DNA of 32,000 nucleotides from Cereibacter sphaeroides 2.4.1 (GTDB lineage Bacteria; Pseudomonadota; Alphaproteobacteria; Rhodobacterales; Rhodobacteraceae): NCBI RefSeq assembly GCF_000012905.2, contig NC_007494.2, positions 540,001 to 572,000 of the forward strand, read 5' to 3'. Shown piece by piece: positions 31,984 to 32,000 of this stretch (position 1 is its first letter; each line of letters starts with the position of its first letter). The notes under the pieces were generated by a model. It saw only the letters and a program-made list of their open reading frames with translations, ran no database searches and was not told where the DNA came from. The position numbers and the translations under genes were made by a program.

Positions 31984-32000
31984 ATGCCCAAGTGGATGCT
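31984..32000 (+). CDS. Probable 5' end of a plus-strand gene running off the window (only 5 full codons visible)
   Basis: ATG 31984 sits 7 nt after GAGGTG (31971-31976), downstream of a lower-GC stretch containing TTGACG-N17-TCTACT (31910-31938). Too short to assess coding potential. Confidence 0.3.

Noticed and set aside
1-32000. Search for tRNA/rRNA genes, CRISPR repeats, IS elements, integrases, att-like direct repeats or a compositional island boundary.
   Set aside because: None was seen. Composition is uniformly GC-rich apart from short promoter-like gaps (about 4230-4300, 6325-6420, 28500-28570, 31910-31990), and no transposase or integrase motifs appear in any frame.

Overview
Very GC-rich segment (by eye about 68-70% G+C, with strong G/C preference at codon third positions). 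It is probably alphaproteobacterial, but that is a guess from composition and gene order. One complete type VI secretion system (T6SS) cluster spans about 1146-29346 and dominates the window. All 13 core genes (tssA-M) are present, together with tagF, tagH (FHA), ppkA and pppA. There appear to be four transcription units. (i) Minus strand: clpV/tssH plus a translationally coupled small gp5/gpV-like 'mini-spike' gene. (ii) Plus strand, about 17.8 kb: ppkA-tssA-tssB-tssC-hcp-tssE-tssF-tssG-tagH-tssJ-tssK-tssL(OmpA-fused)-tssM-tagF, with many overlapping stop/start codons. (iii) Minus strand: pppA, a membrane-anchored LAS/M15 peptidase (TagX-like), a DotU-like/TssM-periplasmic-domain chimeric paralogue, then vgrG. 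(iv) A divergently transcribed OmpA-family gene. The left flank holds two unassigned plus-strand ORFs. The right flank holds a three-gene glycosyltransferase-type operon and probably the first codons of another plus-strand gene. I saw no rRNA, tRNA, CRISPR array, transposase/integrase or IS-like terminal repeats. The most unusual content is the pppA-M15-DotU/TssM-like-vgrG module and the mini-spike gene coupled to clpV. No PAAR, adaptor or recognisable effector/immunity gene is present in an otherwise complete cluster. All family assignments come from reading motifs in the supplied translations; no database search was run.
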